From NCBI RefSeq assembly GCF_009914755.1, contig NC_060930.1: DNA of 64,000 nt, one strand, 5' to 3'. The translations under genes were made by a program, and so were the position numbers. Origin of the DNA: the human T2T-CHM13v2.0 reference genome, Homo sapiens. The notes under the pieces were generated by a model, which worked only from the letters and a program-made list of their open reading frames with translations, made no database searches and was not told the origin of the DNA. Below are positions 1-15,242 of this stretch, one piece after another; position 1 is the stretch's first letter; each line of letters starts with the position of its first letter.

Positions 1-622
1 AACTCATTCTTAAGCAAGAAGCAATTGCTCCTGAATAGTTCTCAATCAAGTTAGGAAACACATCTGAAGCATGCAGAACAGAGAAAGCATGACAAAAATA
101 ATAAAACACATAAACACTTTTCACACAATACAAAATATATAATGGTTAAAAACAACCAAATTTCTATGGGGCTCTTATTCTCTAACTTATCCTCTAACTA
201 GGTTTCCCATTCAAAGGTGGGGGAAAAAAATCCTGGACAGGCTCATAACTATAAAGCAGATTAGTCTTTATATTCAGAATATTCCCCCCCAAAGTTGTGT
301 TAATTTTACTTTTAGCACAGGGTAAGGAAGGCTTTTCCTTTAAATGTCCTTGGGAAAACAAATAAAAAAAAATATTTTAACACCAGATAAGGACAAGCAT
401 AGTCAGAAAGAAAATTCCAGAATATCCCACAAAGATGAAACGAGCACAAGAAAACGTGGAACAGACCCAGCACATATTAGGCAGTATGTATTATAACTCT
501 TCCCACGAAAGTCCAGTGGAAAAGGGCCTAGCACAGATTATGTCTGAAAGACAAAATTCTCATTCCACCCTAATCCATGAGCCTCTGGGAGGCAGACTGA
601 AGGAATTTACGCCTGCCCTCTT

Positions 623-1405
623 GTGAGAGTGGAAAAAACTCAAACCGTTTTTCCTCTGCTCTCACACGACAACCATCAACACAGAAGATGTCTGTGACAA
701 AATGTGTATGAGTTTCTCCCCATGCACCAAGCAAACAATCACTTCTGCAGCAGACATCAGATGAGTGTTCTCCAATTCATTTCTGACACTATCTAGAGAT
801 ACTGTCATATCCCACAGATTGAAGGCCCAATCCCACAAGACTGCCCACCACTTCTGATGCCAATTACAAGCTCCAGGCTTTTTTATCTGTACTTCTGACT
901 GACCAGCTATAAATTGGGGATTACATGACCCCCCTCCTTGGGTTCGGTTAATTTGCTAGAGTGGTTCACAGAACTCAGGGAAACACGTTTACCAATTTAT
1001 TATAAAGGATATTACAAAGGATACAGATGAACAGATACATAGGATAGGGTAATTTATAAGGGAAGGGAATTTCCATGCAGAACTTCCAAGTACTTCCTGG
1101 GCACACCACCTCAAGGAATCTCCACATGTTCAGCTTTCAGAAGCTTTATGAACCCTGTCATTTTGAGTTTTTATGGAGGCTTCACTACATAGGCATAATT
1201 GATTAAACCCTTTGGCCACTGGTGATCAACTTAATCTTCAGCCCCTCTCTCACCTCCCTAAGCAGTTAGGGGGTGGGGATGAAAGTCCCAACCTTCTAAT
1301 AATTCCTTGACCTTTCTGGTAACCAGCCCCCATCCTGAAGCTACTAGGAGCAGCCAGCTAGCTAAGACAAAATTCTTAGTCAATTCATTAGCATACAAAA
1401 AGGCA
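623..1405. mobile_element. MER21-family LTR
   Basis: Begins TGTGAG; contains recalled MER21-type blocks (ccacaagactgcccaccacttctgatgccaa; gggttcggttaatttgctagagtggttcacagaactcagggaaac). Confidence 0.7.
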
Positions 1406-1414
1406 AAATGGGGC

Positions 1415-1476
1415 CCGTAATCCCAGCACTTTGGGAGGCCGATGCAGGAGGACTGCTTGAGCCTAGGGGTTCCAGA
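1415..1476 (+). mobile_element. Alu left-arm fragment
   Basis: gtaatcccagcactttgggaggccgatgcaggaggactgcttgagcc. Confidence 0.8.
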
Positions 1477-2744
1477 GATACACAGGAGATCAATCAGACC
1501 AAAGTGAAGACTGGAAAGAAACTGATTTCTACCTCAAAAGAAAAAGCTTTTTATTTATTTATTTTTTTTGAGGTAGAAACTGAGGTAGAACTGTGAACTT
1601 TATATTTAAACAAGCTTTGAAAAAGAAAAACTTACTCTTCTGAAATGGCAAACCACTGGTACATATACTACTTTTTGATCAAAGGCAATATCAAATCATG
1701 CTGTTAAAGCAAGATCATCTGTTCCCCTTTCAATGCCAATTACATATATACATTGACAATAACTTTTTCTTTTAAAAGCTTTGTTTTGGTTAACTACAGA
1801 TCCATGGCATGAGAAAGAACCCTAGTCAAGATTCTGTCTTAAAAGGAGGCTGCTGGATTATAGAAAGTTCATGAGCACAGAGACTGTCTCTCTCTTGCTC
1901 TCCTAGGCCTAGCCCAGCGTTTGACACATAGGAAGACTTGAATGAATGAATGACAAAAAACTGTTAAGCAGGGATCAAGAAAGCTGAACCATGAAAAATT
2001 AATTTCTCATATAAATAGGATTATTTAGCCTAAGCTTAAGAGCATCTTTAAGGATCATTTTTCTCATGCAAGACTATTATAACCATCATTAAAAAAAAGA
2101 GACAACATAAACTGGAGCACAATCCATAGTAAAACCAAAAGCTTAATTCTCAACATTTGAGAACTTTGAGAATCAGAAAAAGGATTTCAATCTATGAAAC
2201 ATAAAATCTGGTGATGGAGAAAATGGCTGTCAATCTCACCTAACCTAGGGAAAGAAAGAAAATGTAACCATGAGTTTGAATGCACAAGTGACAACACATC
2301 AAACTTTTACCAGCCCCTAGAATTATGCTTCTTTTAAACCAAAGAATAGCAAATACCATTAGCACACTGCATTCCATGAGTAAGTTAATTTATAAGAAAC
2401 CTATTTGAAATGACTGCCCAGTACTCACAAAACCTCCCTAGCACCCACATACACATTTATTTATTTCAAAATGACATTATAGGCTCCTTGATTGCGAAAT
2501 TCACCCACAATCCATCACGGTCAGCTACCTATTTACTTTCCAGTGTGTTGGGGGAAAAATATGAGGAAGATTTCTTTCCCCAAATCTACGTGAAGAAAAC
2601 GAAGTTATCAAGGCTTTGTAACAGAAAAAAAGAAAACAAATTACCCATGCATGGGACAGAAAAACCTCATCTGGTCACGTTGTGGCTTAACACTTGGACA
2701 ATATGTAGCTTAGGTTAAGTTTTCTATCCCCAACCCCACCTACA

Positions 2745-3535
2745 AACTCTAGGAATGGGCGGTATTGTTGCGAGACCCCGGACTCGACCTCATGCCACTG
2801 AAAAGGATGACAGGTCGGGACTTGCCCCGGAGGCAGGAAGAGAATCTCTGGCGGGTCGCGTAGCCCGCCTCGCCGTCCCCGCCTCCAGCCAGCTCCCCTG
2901 GCCGCGGCGACCCTTCTCGTCCTCCCACCTCCACCTCCACCTCCTCACCTCTCGGCCTGGCTCACGCGTTTCCCATCACTCTGTCAGCTCCTGCCACCGC
3001 GCCTTCTTCCCTTTCGGTTTTACTTTAACTTCCCACGCCGGGTGAGGAGCTGAGCGCAGGGCCAAAGATGCGAGCGGGCAGCTGTATCGCCGCGCCCCGT
3101 CCGCCCTCCAAGCCGCGCTTGCCGGGGTCGCGCCCAGTCACAGGGAACCGCGTGTGAGGACCATCAGTCAGACAGACAGACGCAAAGACGCACAGACCCG
3201 GCGAGGAGGGACAGAGTGGAGCTGGCGCCGGCCTACACGTCACCGCCCCGCTGCAGCGCCAACGTCGGCACGTCGACTCGTCGACTCCGGGCCCTCTGCC
3301 CCGCCCGCGTGCGCGCGCCGCTCCGCCTCCCGCCTCCAGCCTCTAGTCCGCTGGGTTCGGAGGAGCAGAGGCGGAAGGTCCCGGCGGCGGCGAGGATGCG
3401 CCCCAGGGCGGGAGCGGGACGCTCCACTTTACCCTGGCTGCCCGCAACGGGCCAGGCCTGCCGTCTCTACCTCTCTACCTGTGAGTTTTTTCCCTGCATT
3501 TACTTCAGTCTGCCGCGTCTTCTCCCCGCCCTTCT
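2745..3535. promoter_or_regulatory. CpG-island promoter, probably bidirectional; host gene not identified
   Basis: GC-rich, CpG-dense stretch in an AT-rich background. GC boxes at 3243, 3301, 3406 and ~3525, NRF1-like GCGTGCGCGCGC at 3307-3318, CRE-like ACACGTCAC at 3235-3243. Minus-strand donor GAG|GTGAGG at 2949/2948; plus-strand donors at 3481 and 3543. Confidence 0.85.
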
Positions 3536-4665
3536 CTGTAAGGTAAATATGTGGAGGAAATAATTCCTATTAAAGGTAAAGGAAAGGAGAGCAATTTGAA
3601 TGAAGAAACAGGTAGTTGCTATCGTCGTTTTCAGCCAAAGCCCTCTGGCTGCTAGAGAGTATACATGGTTCTCTGGTGTCAAGGCCTGTTTTCCATAAGC
3701 TTTCTGGATTCTCAGCTTAGTTCCCTCAAAGTGATCTCTGCAAGTCGGCTCTTCGGTCAGAAGACCTCCTCCAAAAACAGAAAGCCCAAAGATTCCCTAA
3801 CTCGATTGAAAAGATAGGAAGATACGAAGAAAAACTAACCTAAAGAATTGTGTGGTTTATCTGCAAAGAGTTCTAGACTAAAAGCCAACAATGCAAAGAT
3901 AGTATGAGTTAATATGTTTGTTGTGGCTCTCTTCTGCCATTCCCGCTTCCTCAAGGTAATGTGCCCCGATGCCTGGTAGAACTGTTTTGTAGAGGCAGCC
4001 AATAGTGATCCAGTTATTGTCTTTACTGGTCAGACCACCTCTGAAGTGCTGTGTTCAGCATTTGAAGACTTTAATCAAGCTGGCATTATATCAGGGAAGA
4101 GCAAAATGATGACGAGAACTCAAAAACAGGGCAAGTGAAGAAGGATTGATTAAACCTTCCAGGACTCACCTAGAAGAGAGAAAACTACTGGACTCTCTCT
4201 AAATATGAAATGACCTATCATGTGAAGTTGATTTGTTTCATGTGATGCAAACTTCAGGGAACAGATTTAAGATCCTGAAAAGAAGATGCCCTTGTAGCAC
4301 GACCCAAAGAATTGCCTACCTTAGCATGTGTGAATACCTCAACCACAGAATTTTGCTTCAAGGAGATTCTGAAGCTCACTTAATAGGGACTTGGTACAGG
4401 GGAGCCACACATCAACAGAATAATTAGTTGATGGTTTTGTTAAAGATATTTCCAGTCTTGAGATTACATGTGTCTTTGGTCCTGGACTTCATAGAGTTTA
4501 CAAGTTAGTTCATGAGACAAGACAAATGCATCACAAAAATAAATAATGCAAGGAGGCCAAGTGATAATGAGAGGTGCTGATAAGTGCTAGGAATTCACAT
4601 GACAGATTATTCCCATCACAGTTCCAGAGGCTTAAGGGAGAAGAGAGGAACTGAAAATAGACTAC

Positions 4666-4966
4666 CTAGAACTGCCCTATCCATTGGGGTAGCCACCAGT
4701 TAAATACGTCTCTTGACATTTGAAATGTGGCTTGTCCAAACTGAGACATGCAATGAGTCCAAAATGTACACCAGATTTCAAAGACTTAGAAAACAAATGT
4801 AAAATATTGTAATTCTTATGTCGATTACATGTTGAAATAATATATAATGGATCAAATAAAATATGTTAAAATTAATTTCAACTTTATTTTTACTTTTTAT
4901 GTGACTTCTAGAAAATTTTTAATTACATAGGTGGCTTGCATCATATTTGTATTACATAGTCCTGGC
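4666..4966. mobile_element. hAT-Charlie MITE (MER33/MER3-like)
   Basis: gtagccacc...tgaaatgtggc... and tacataggtggcttgcatcatatttgtatt terminal motifs. Confidence 0.7.
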
Positions 4967-4979
4967 CTGGAAGGAAATT

Positions 4980-5329
4980 CAGTTAGCCCTCTGTATCCAT
5001 GGCTTCTGTATATGTGTCAACCAACTTTGGAACAAAAACAATTGAAAAAAAAAAAAAAAAAGAATGGTAATGTCTGCATTGAACACGCACAGACTCTTTT
5101 TTTCTTGTCATTATTTCCTTAACAATATGGATGTAACAACTGTTTACATAGCATTTCCCATTGTATTAGGTATTATAAGTAACCTAGAGATGGTTTAAGG
5201 TATATGGGACAATGTGCATAGTTTGTATGCAAATACTATACCATTGTGTGTAAGGACTTGAGCATCCTGGGGTTTTGGTATGTGGGAGTGTCCTGGAACC
5301 AATCCCCTGTGGACACTGAGGGATGGTCT
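4980..5329. mobile_element. TcMar-Tigger MITE (MER2-like)
   Basis: Terminal inverted repeats cagttagccctctgtatccatgg / ctgtggacactgagggatgg; gtattaggtattataagtaacctagagatg core. Confidence 0.8.
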
Positions 5330-5387
5330 TACTTCATTGAACTCTAAGAGCTATCTTTGTCCTCTTTATAGTCCCCAGGGTTTCCCC

Positions 5388-5557
5388 ATTTTTTTTTCAA
5401 GAGATGGGGTCTTGCTGTATTGCGCAAGCAGAAGTGCACTGGGTATTCACAAGCATGATCATTGTGCACAACAGCCGTGAACTCCTGGGCTCAATGATTC
5501 TTCTGCTCCATCCTCTCAAGTAGCTAGGACTACAGGTACCTGCCATCAAGCCCAGCT
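5388..5557 (-). mobile_element. FAM (fossil Alu monomer)
   Basis: Monomer retaining the FAM-specific segment (agtgcactgggtattcacaagcatgatc, approximately the reverse complement of gatcgcgcctgtgaatagccactgcact). Confidence 0.75.
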
Positions 5558-5911
5558 TCCCCAAATGTTAGTGGAAAGACAACCTAATGAAAATGGCCCT
5601 GATGACAAAGAGAAAGACCGTCCAGAAAGTATGCCATGAGCAAAGACAAGAAACAAGACTATAACTGCATTCTAGATAATGAAAACCTATTTATCTGTAA
5701 TGGAACATTGTTAATAGAAGGTAGTGACAAAGTTAAAATGTAAACAAACTAGTCTATAAGGAGACTCAATTTTAAATTTAAAGAATTGAGTATAATAGGC
5801 AGTCAGTGTTTGGCAGTCACAAAATGGGATTGGGAGATTACTTTGGCAATATTGGGTAGGGTGGGTTGAAATTAGTGCATGGCTGGGAAACCAATTAAAA
5901 CTCATTGCAGT

Positions 5912-6219
5912 GGGCTAGGTGCAGTGGCTCACCCCTGTAATCCCAGTACTTTGGGAAGCTGAGGCAGGAGGATCACTTAAAGCCAGAAGTTCAAAAGCAG
6001 CCTGGGCAACATAGGAAGACCCCCATCTCTACAAAAAATAGAAAAAAAATAGTCAGACTTGATGGTACATACCTGTAGTCCTAGTTACCAAGGAGACTGA
6101 ATTTGGAGGCTCTCTTGAGGCCAGGAGTTTGAGGCTACAGTGAGCTATGATCATGCCATTCAGCTCCAGTCTGGGCAACAGAGCAAGACCCCATCTCTAA
6201 TTGAAAAACAAAACAAAAC
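5912..6219 (+). mobile_element. AluJ
   Basis: Diverged dimeric Alu with A-rich linker and tail. Confidence 0.9.
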
Positions 6220-6248
6220 TCCACACTGCATTTAAAAATATATCATAT

Positions 6249-6555
6249 GGCTGGGTGTGGTGGCTCACAGCTGTAATCCCAGTACTTTGGGAGGCTGAAG
6301 CAGGTGAATTGCTTGAGCCCAGGAGTTTGAGACCAGCCTGTGCAACATGACAAAACCCTTTCTCTAAAAAAAAAAAAAAAAAAAAAAAAAAATGAAAATT
6401 AGCTGGGTGTGGTGGCATGCACCTATAGTCCCAGCTGCTCAGGAGGCTAAGGCAGGAGGATCACTTAAGCTGGGAGGTCAAGGCTACAGTGAGCCATTAT
6501 CGCACCCTTGCACTCTAGCCTGGGTAACAGTGAAACACTGTCTTAAAAAAAAAAA
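6249..6555 (+). mobile_element. AluJ with expanded middle A-tract
   Basis: Dimeric Alu; long poly(A) linker at ~6366-6392; flanking tatcata repeats. Confidence 0.9.
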
Positions 6556-8289
6556 GTATCATACCAAAAAAAGGCTCAATATTGGATTTATTTAAATAAA
6601 TTGTAATACATCTCTAAATATAGAGGCATTAAAAAAGTATAATGTGAATCTGTATTGCTTGATATGGTAATATGTCCAAAATGTACAGTTGTATGAAAGA
6701 GCTTGCAACACAATCTATACATAATATGAACACATTTAGGTAAAATTATATATGTTTGTGTGTGTCTTATGTATGTGTGTAACATGATTATTTTGCAAAG
6801 AGTGCCTTAAATTATCTCAAAATTGTCTCAAGAACAGAAAATTTCAAGGTGGAAGTGTTTCCAACCTATTTCTTACAGCTCAACAAAATCATTCATGCTT
6901 TTGACTTTTTTCATTTCTATGTTTCATTATCCTTAGTATGTTAGCCTTTCATTATCAGATTTGCCACTTCATGGTTTGTAAGGATGGGTTGCCAAGTTTC
7001 AGAACCATTTCCAGCCCATCAGTCTCTGGATACCTCCTTCAGTATGTGTGTCCACTAGGTCTGCCTAGCTCACCAGTGTGCCATAGCCTCAGCTTCTAGG
7101 CCTTTCTTATTTTATCTATTGTCAGTCACTTCTTCCCTGCCCTTTTTCACCCCTGCCTTATCCTGCAACACCGAGTCTTAAAATTCCATCTTTACTGCAC
7201 TCCAGTGCAGTTCCTGCTCTGAAGTTGATGCTTAACCTTTGAGGAATGCTGATTAATAAAAGACTCAATTCTAAAATGTTTTTCTACTCTTTTAAATAAA
7301 TGATATTAGAAAAGAAAAAAGTTAGATTACTACCATGGCAGACAGTGTTGTTTGCCTCCTCAACCACCATTTCTTTCCTCTTTCTTAACTAGTAAGATGA
7401 TTTTTTAAAAGTACCAAACAACTCAAAAAATGTGAGCTTCTCCCAAAGTAATTTCATTTCCCTTTGAATAAGAATGTTGTATAGGTGGGCATATGGGCCA
7501 AGGGACAATCAGCTTCGGAGAATCCTGCAATATGTTTTACCCAGGTTTCAAAATATGTGCTTACAATATATAAAGGGTTTTTCTTGAATTACTGTTCAAT
7601 ATGGTGAACTCGGCATATCATTTGCCTACTATCCTTTCCTACACACCATAGAAATAAAAATGAAGAAACAGAAAAAATGAAGAATAAGTGAAGGAGTAAA
7701 GATGATGTGTGCCTGTATGCATGCACTTACATGAGTAGAAAAAAGTAGATGATGTCAAGAGAAGCAAATGAAATTTCAAAAATGTGTTGGGATACAAAGC
7801 AAATAGTAGTGATTTGACCAAAACCATAGCCTAAAAAATATAGTGGAGAAGCTACACAGGATAGGGCAGAAGTGAGAATAAGGGCTGAAAATGGGGATAA
7901 AATATGGCACAATTGAATCTATCACCATACACATTTCGCTTTCTCAGACATATAGACTGAGAGCAAGCAAAAGATATTAATATCTGCCACCAGACAAAAA
8001 GACCAAAACTGACCCCCCAAATCTTCTCCAAATTAATTGAATAACTAGTACAGAAAAGTGAAGACTTTTAGGTTGATGACACAAAGGAAAAACATTCTTA
8101 TTCAAGCATTCAGGGCCAGCATCCTGAGAATAAGCTAATTGCCTACTCATGTAAAGTGAAACTTCATATTTGGCATTCCTGGCCCTGTCCTACCTAACCC
8201 AGCCACGTATTCACAATTCCTACATAGGAGAGAGAGAGAACTGGCAGACTTCTTACCTACAAAAAGAAAACTGCATTAACTACCAATTT

Positions 8290-8290
<1 letters not shown>

Positions 8291-8326
<36 letters not shown>
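8291..8326. repeat. (TA)n microsatellite
   Basis: Direct inspection. Confidence 0.9.
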
Positions 8327-8329
<3 letters not shown>

Positions 8330-9345
8330 CAAACATGAAGAATTAACAGGCAAATAAGGAAAATCAGCATCATGAGAGAAAAATACAAAGAAAAACATAG
8401 AAAAACTAACTCTAAAGAAGGCAAGGAAGCATAAATAAAAGATTTTAAAGAAGCACCCGAATTAATATGGAATTCAGAACATATTATGTCTACAAGATAT
8501 GAATAAGATACTTTGAAAAAGGAGCAATGATAGAACAAAAAGAGCTACCAGACATTAAAAATTTGTTAACTTAAAAACTCAAGAGAAGTACTGGAGATAA
8601 AATCGAAGAAATCTTATAAGAATATAGTATACATAGCAGAGAGAAAATAAGAAAGAAAACATAAGAATGTCGTGGAGAGCCAATCCAATAGGCTCAACCA
8701 GTAGATGAGAAAGATTTTAAAAAAAAAGGGGAGGGAGAGTGAGAAAATTATAAGTTTTTTTTTTTTAGAGCAGAGAAGAAAATAACTTTTCAGATTTGAG
8801 TAGACTCAGGGTATTGAAAAATAGATTAAAAAACTCATGCCTGGAGATATTATCATGTAATGCCACAAATAAAAATTATGAAGAAGAAGAAATCCCCAAA
8901 GTTCCTAAACATAAAAGACTTATAATCAACAAAGGAATAGGGACTGATGCTATCAGCATCACTGCATACCTGAAGACATGACAGAATATTTTCAAAATTG
9001 TAGTTGTAGATGTTTTTCAGTCTACAAGTCTATACTCATTCAAATTATCAATTAACTATGAGAGTAAAATAAAGATATTTTCAGACTAACAAGGATGTAG
9101 AATATTTTTCTCCTGGGTGATCTTTTGGAATGTCACTAGGCCATACAATCCAACAAAATAAGGACAAAAAGTTATGCTGATGCTAGAGAAAGGTAAGGAC
9201 AAATCTCTGCAGGATGGCTGTGCAGCAAGTCTAGAGAGCAAGCAGTATACATTGGAGAAGAGCATGGAGGATTCAAGAAGTGAGGTCACATAAGAGAAAA
9301 AAAAAGAAGGAATTCAATAGACTAGATGGTAAGATAGGAAATTTG
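8330..9345 (+). mobile_element. Ancient L1-ORF1-like remnant (HAL1-like)
   Basis: A-rich; aaattatcaattaactatgagagtaaaataaagatattttcagac (ORF1 C-terminal motif) followed by ggatggctgtgcagcaagtctagagagcaag, typical of HAL1. Confidence 0.55.
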
Positions 9346-9359
9346 AAAAACAAAAAAAT

Positions 9360-9770
9360 GAAACTGTGATATATATATACGATGGAATACTACTCATCCA
9401 TATAAAGGAATGAATTAATGACATTCACAGCAACCTGGATGAGATTGAAGACTATTATTCTAAGTGAAGTAACTCAGGAATGGAAAACCAAACATCTTAC
9501 ATTCTCAACTCATAAGTGGGAGGTAAGCTATTAGGATGTAAAGGCATAAGAATGACACAATGGACTTTGGGACTCAGGGAAAGGGTGGGAAGGGGGTGAG
9601 GAATAAAAGGCTACTAATTGCATGCGTGTGTACTGCTCAGGTGATGGGTGCACCAAAATCTCACAGATCACCAGTGAAGAACTTACTCATGTAACCAAAC
9701 ACTACCTGTGCCCCAATAACCTATGAAAAGAAAAAATTTCAAATAATAATAATCAATATTTAAAAAAAGT
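9360..9770 (+). mobile_element. L1PB 3' end, 5'-truncated
   Basis: gatggaatactactc...aagtgaagtaactcaggaatggaaaaccaaacatc...gtaaccaaacactacctg; near-identical aaaacaaaaa(a)tgaa flanks at ~9347 and ~9771 (TSD). Confidence 0.85.
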
Positions 9771-11149
9771 AAAACAAAAAATGAAGATATAGTAAACCAA
9801 ATAGTGCCAGAATAAAAGGGAGGAAAGAGTAGTTCCTCAAAAGAAATTTTTAAAAAATATTACCATGGAAAGGGTAAAAAACAGTACATATCCAGGAAAA
9901 TTAGTACCGAAAGGAAGAAAGAGAGCCAATGAAGGAGAAAAAAAGAGTGGTTAAAGAGTTATGAGATAAACGAAGAGTATATTTAAAAAGTTTTCTTCAA
10001 TCACCAAGGTAATTCCTGCTTCAGAGTTAAGGAGGGTGAAGATTGAGTAAATGTCTTTGGAAATTTAAGTGATTGATGATTTGAAGCAATTTAGTAACAT
10101 GGTAGGCATGGCATTAGATGTCAAGTGTAAGAGAGTAAATGAGAAGTGAGAAAGTGAAAACAGTGATGATAATTGTTTTTGTCTAATAAATGAATGAAAA
10201 ATGCAGGGCAATATATGGAAGAAATATCAAGGTCCAGAAAAAAACTGTTACTTGCATGTTGTTTTTAGGATAGAAAAAAAAACATATAAATAGAAGGAAA
10301 GAACCTATAAGAAGTGAATCAAGTAAGGAAATAATAAGGTAAAGGCAGACAAGGATACACTGAAGTCTGTGGGTGAAGTTATTCTTAACCTTGGTAGAGA
10401 GAAGTTTTCCTGGGACACAGGAGGGAAGAAGTAGAGGATGTTTGAAAATACAGGGAACATTTAATGTGTTGAGGAATGTATAGCTATATAAATTTTGAAG
10501 TGAATATGCAATATGAAAGCCATGTTTCTTTTGGTGTCCTTGAAATTATGAATTGTTCATTGCAAAAATATTTTAAACTACTTCCAATCAGGTAGTGAGA
10601 TATTAAATTTTTATAAAATACAAAAATCAGACAAAATCCAATTTCAAGAATGCAGTCATAGATTAGGTTGCAAAAAGCAACACCATTCTCAGTCAATATA
10701 AACATATGAAATGAAAACTACAAGTCACAGTTGTCACTGGTTAATTTAACCTGGTGTCCAATTGGTTTCCTAAATGCCAGGTGATACCCCATGATAAATG
10801 TGGGTATACCTATGAACATATGTTAGTGTGTGTGCATGAGACCTAGAGAAAAGAAAATTGGAAGTAATTAGCTTCAAAACTAATGATTTTTATCTAGCCT
10901 TTAATATCTGAAACTAGATTTGACTTTCTTATACAAGCAAATAATCCACCAAAGTTTGGGGCTGAAATATATTTATCCTTAAAGCATTGTGTGAAAAGGG
11001 AAGAATCATTCCTTGCCAACTGTTGTCTTTCTATCATTCCTCCAAGAGATAAGTTAGGATATGAGACCCCAAACCAACAACTTAATAGAGTTTTCTTCTC
11101 ATATAATAGGCTAGTGATGGGTACTCCTGAAATTGTGTAGTTGCTTTCT

Positions 11150-13130
<1,981 letters not shown>

Positions 13131-14086
13131 AAATGTTTCACCCATAAAGCTTTTCCTCAGTTAAAGCAAACATACTGGTATTAAGCAGATAAGGGTAGCC
13201 TCTCTTCAGTTCTTATCAGAACTGAACCTCAGGGAACAGAATGGAATGTAATGTCAATAATAACTTTTATCTCTTTCAAGCATATGAAAATTGAGCTAGT
13301 AGAAGATGGCAAAATAAAATGCTGGATATTAATTATTTTAAAAATTAATTTTTCCTGAAACTTAAACTATTCTTAAGTATTTTTATGATTAAGTGAAATT
13401 TTCATTCATTCTACCCACAACTAATTAAGCATATATCTCATAATCCACACTTTGCTAAGCATTGTGAAACATTCCAAAGAAAAATATGATATGATCTCTA
13501 TTCTCAAGGAATTTACAAGAACTTACAGTTTGGGTAGGAGACAAATTTAACATTCACAAGACTTTTCAAAAACAATTAGGTGCTGAGTTGTGTGATACTT
13601 CTTTTATGAATACAAAAGGAGTCTAAATTAAAGATAGGCCCCTGTTGGCTGCAGGAGATTAAAAGCCTTTGTGGAAAACTGAAATTTGAATTGATCATAT
13701 AAGTATAGGTAGAATTTATTTATAAAACCTTTCATATGTAAACTCTTAAAAGGTGTATTTGTAGGATTCATTCTAGAATATAAAGTTACTGAATTTTAAA
13801 ATTCTTTTGTTGCTGGTGATAGTTTAAAGGATAAAAGTGGCTGATTCAGTGTATATGCCAGTTTTCTGTGTTTTTGCTTTAGGTTGTATCCACGAGTACC
13901 AGCAGAGTGCCTGACACATAGTAGACATAAGTAAGTATTTGTTAAATAATTTTCTTTTTATAATAGTGTTTCCTTTATTATTTGACCAAGAACTTTTAAA
14001 AATTGAGCTATAGCTTTTTTAAACATTGAAGTGTTCCAAAGTATAGAAACCTTAAGTGAACAGTGCTATACACCACTTCATGCAAC

Positions 14087-14392
14087 TGATAGATGCAGGA
14101 GGACGATAAGGGAGGGTCCTGGGAGAAGCTCCCACTGGCCTGGGCATGGGGAGGATGGGGTGGAGCCTCAGGAAATTCACGCCATTTGCAGGGGGCAGGA
14201 GCCTGGGCTCATCAGTTCCTGTGTGGTGACCTGGGATTCAATCTGTGAGGCCTGTTAACAGGAACCCCTCTCGCTTTGCAAAGTATTTTTTTCCTTTTTG
14301 CCCAGTAAATTCCATTCCCCCTCACCCTGCAAAGTGTCTGCATGCCTAATTTTACCTGGTCACTTGGCAAGAACTTTTTTTTTTTCTCAACA
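14087..14392 (+). mobile_element. 5' LTR
   Basis: tgatagatgcaggagg...ttctcaaca; aligns with 21215-21530. Confidence 0.9.
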
Positions 14393-15242
14393 TTTTTGGC
14401 ACCCAGAACTTGGGACATGAAGAAGGGTGAGTGAAATGTGGACTGAAAACCTCTCACTTTTATTTCTGAGTATTTTGTTCCTATGACATTTTTCTTCTTT
14501 TTTTGAGGACAGTAACAGCATCTATCTTTTCTCCTCCCCTCCCCTCCCCTCCCCTCCCCTCTCTTTTCTTTTCTTTTACAATATGGGAGGTGGTCCACAC
14601 CCACCACAACAGCCACAAGCATGCCTGTGGGTTGGTTGGGCAAGCAGTGGCTCCCCACCCGCCTTCTCTCCCAGCTGAGTGGAGTGCATGGCCCTGACTG
14701 CCACATGTGTGTGCAGTGTCCAGCTGCATGGCAGGAATGAGCCACAGTCACTATCCAGGCACCAGGGCCGCCTTGGGGGCTTGGGCTCTGCACAGCTGGC
14801 TGGCCAGACTCCTGCTGGGTCCATGCCTGGGGGAAAGGAACCAATTTGCAAAAGAATATGAAGTTCTTCCCCCAGGCATCTTTCCAACCCTGCACTTTAA
14901 CTTTTGTTTCCTTTTCGCTATCTAGTCAGCAGTTAATTTTTATGTGAGAGGGTTACTTTTTTTTTTTCTTTTTGGAAAACATTTTAACCAGGCCAGGACC
15001 CCAGTGATCACTGTTTATATTCTCTGTAAAGTTTCAGTTATGAAAAAGGATTTGTGAGATTGGTCTTAAGCGATAGCCAATCCGGTGTGCTTTGCATGAC
15101 TTTCTGAATGATCAGCAACAAAGTTTGCTGTGGGCCTCCCTCTTGTTTTAGGTCCTTGAGAGCATGATGTGTAACCCTGTGGCAATGCTTTGTTTAGCGT
15201 CTACACAGCCAAGATTCAATCCTGGCTTAAGAAATGACTCCT

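Noticed and set aside
2749-3563. Several overlapping 60-130 aa Arg/Pro/Ala-rich ORFs
   Set aside because: Expected from stop-codon scarcity in a GC-rich island; most use non-ATG starts and resemble no protein I recognise
14618-14627. p53 response element in the MER61-like provirus
   Set aside because: Only one half-site (AAGCATGCCT) is visible, with no adjacent second decamer, so a full element is not supported
14212-14895. 227-aa minus-strand ORF
   Set aside because: Antisense to the ERV LTR/leader and crosses low-complexity CT and T tracts; no recognisable domain
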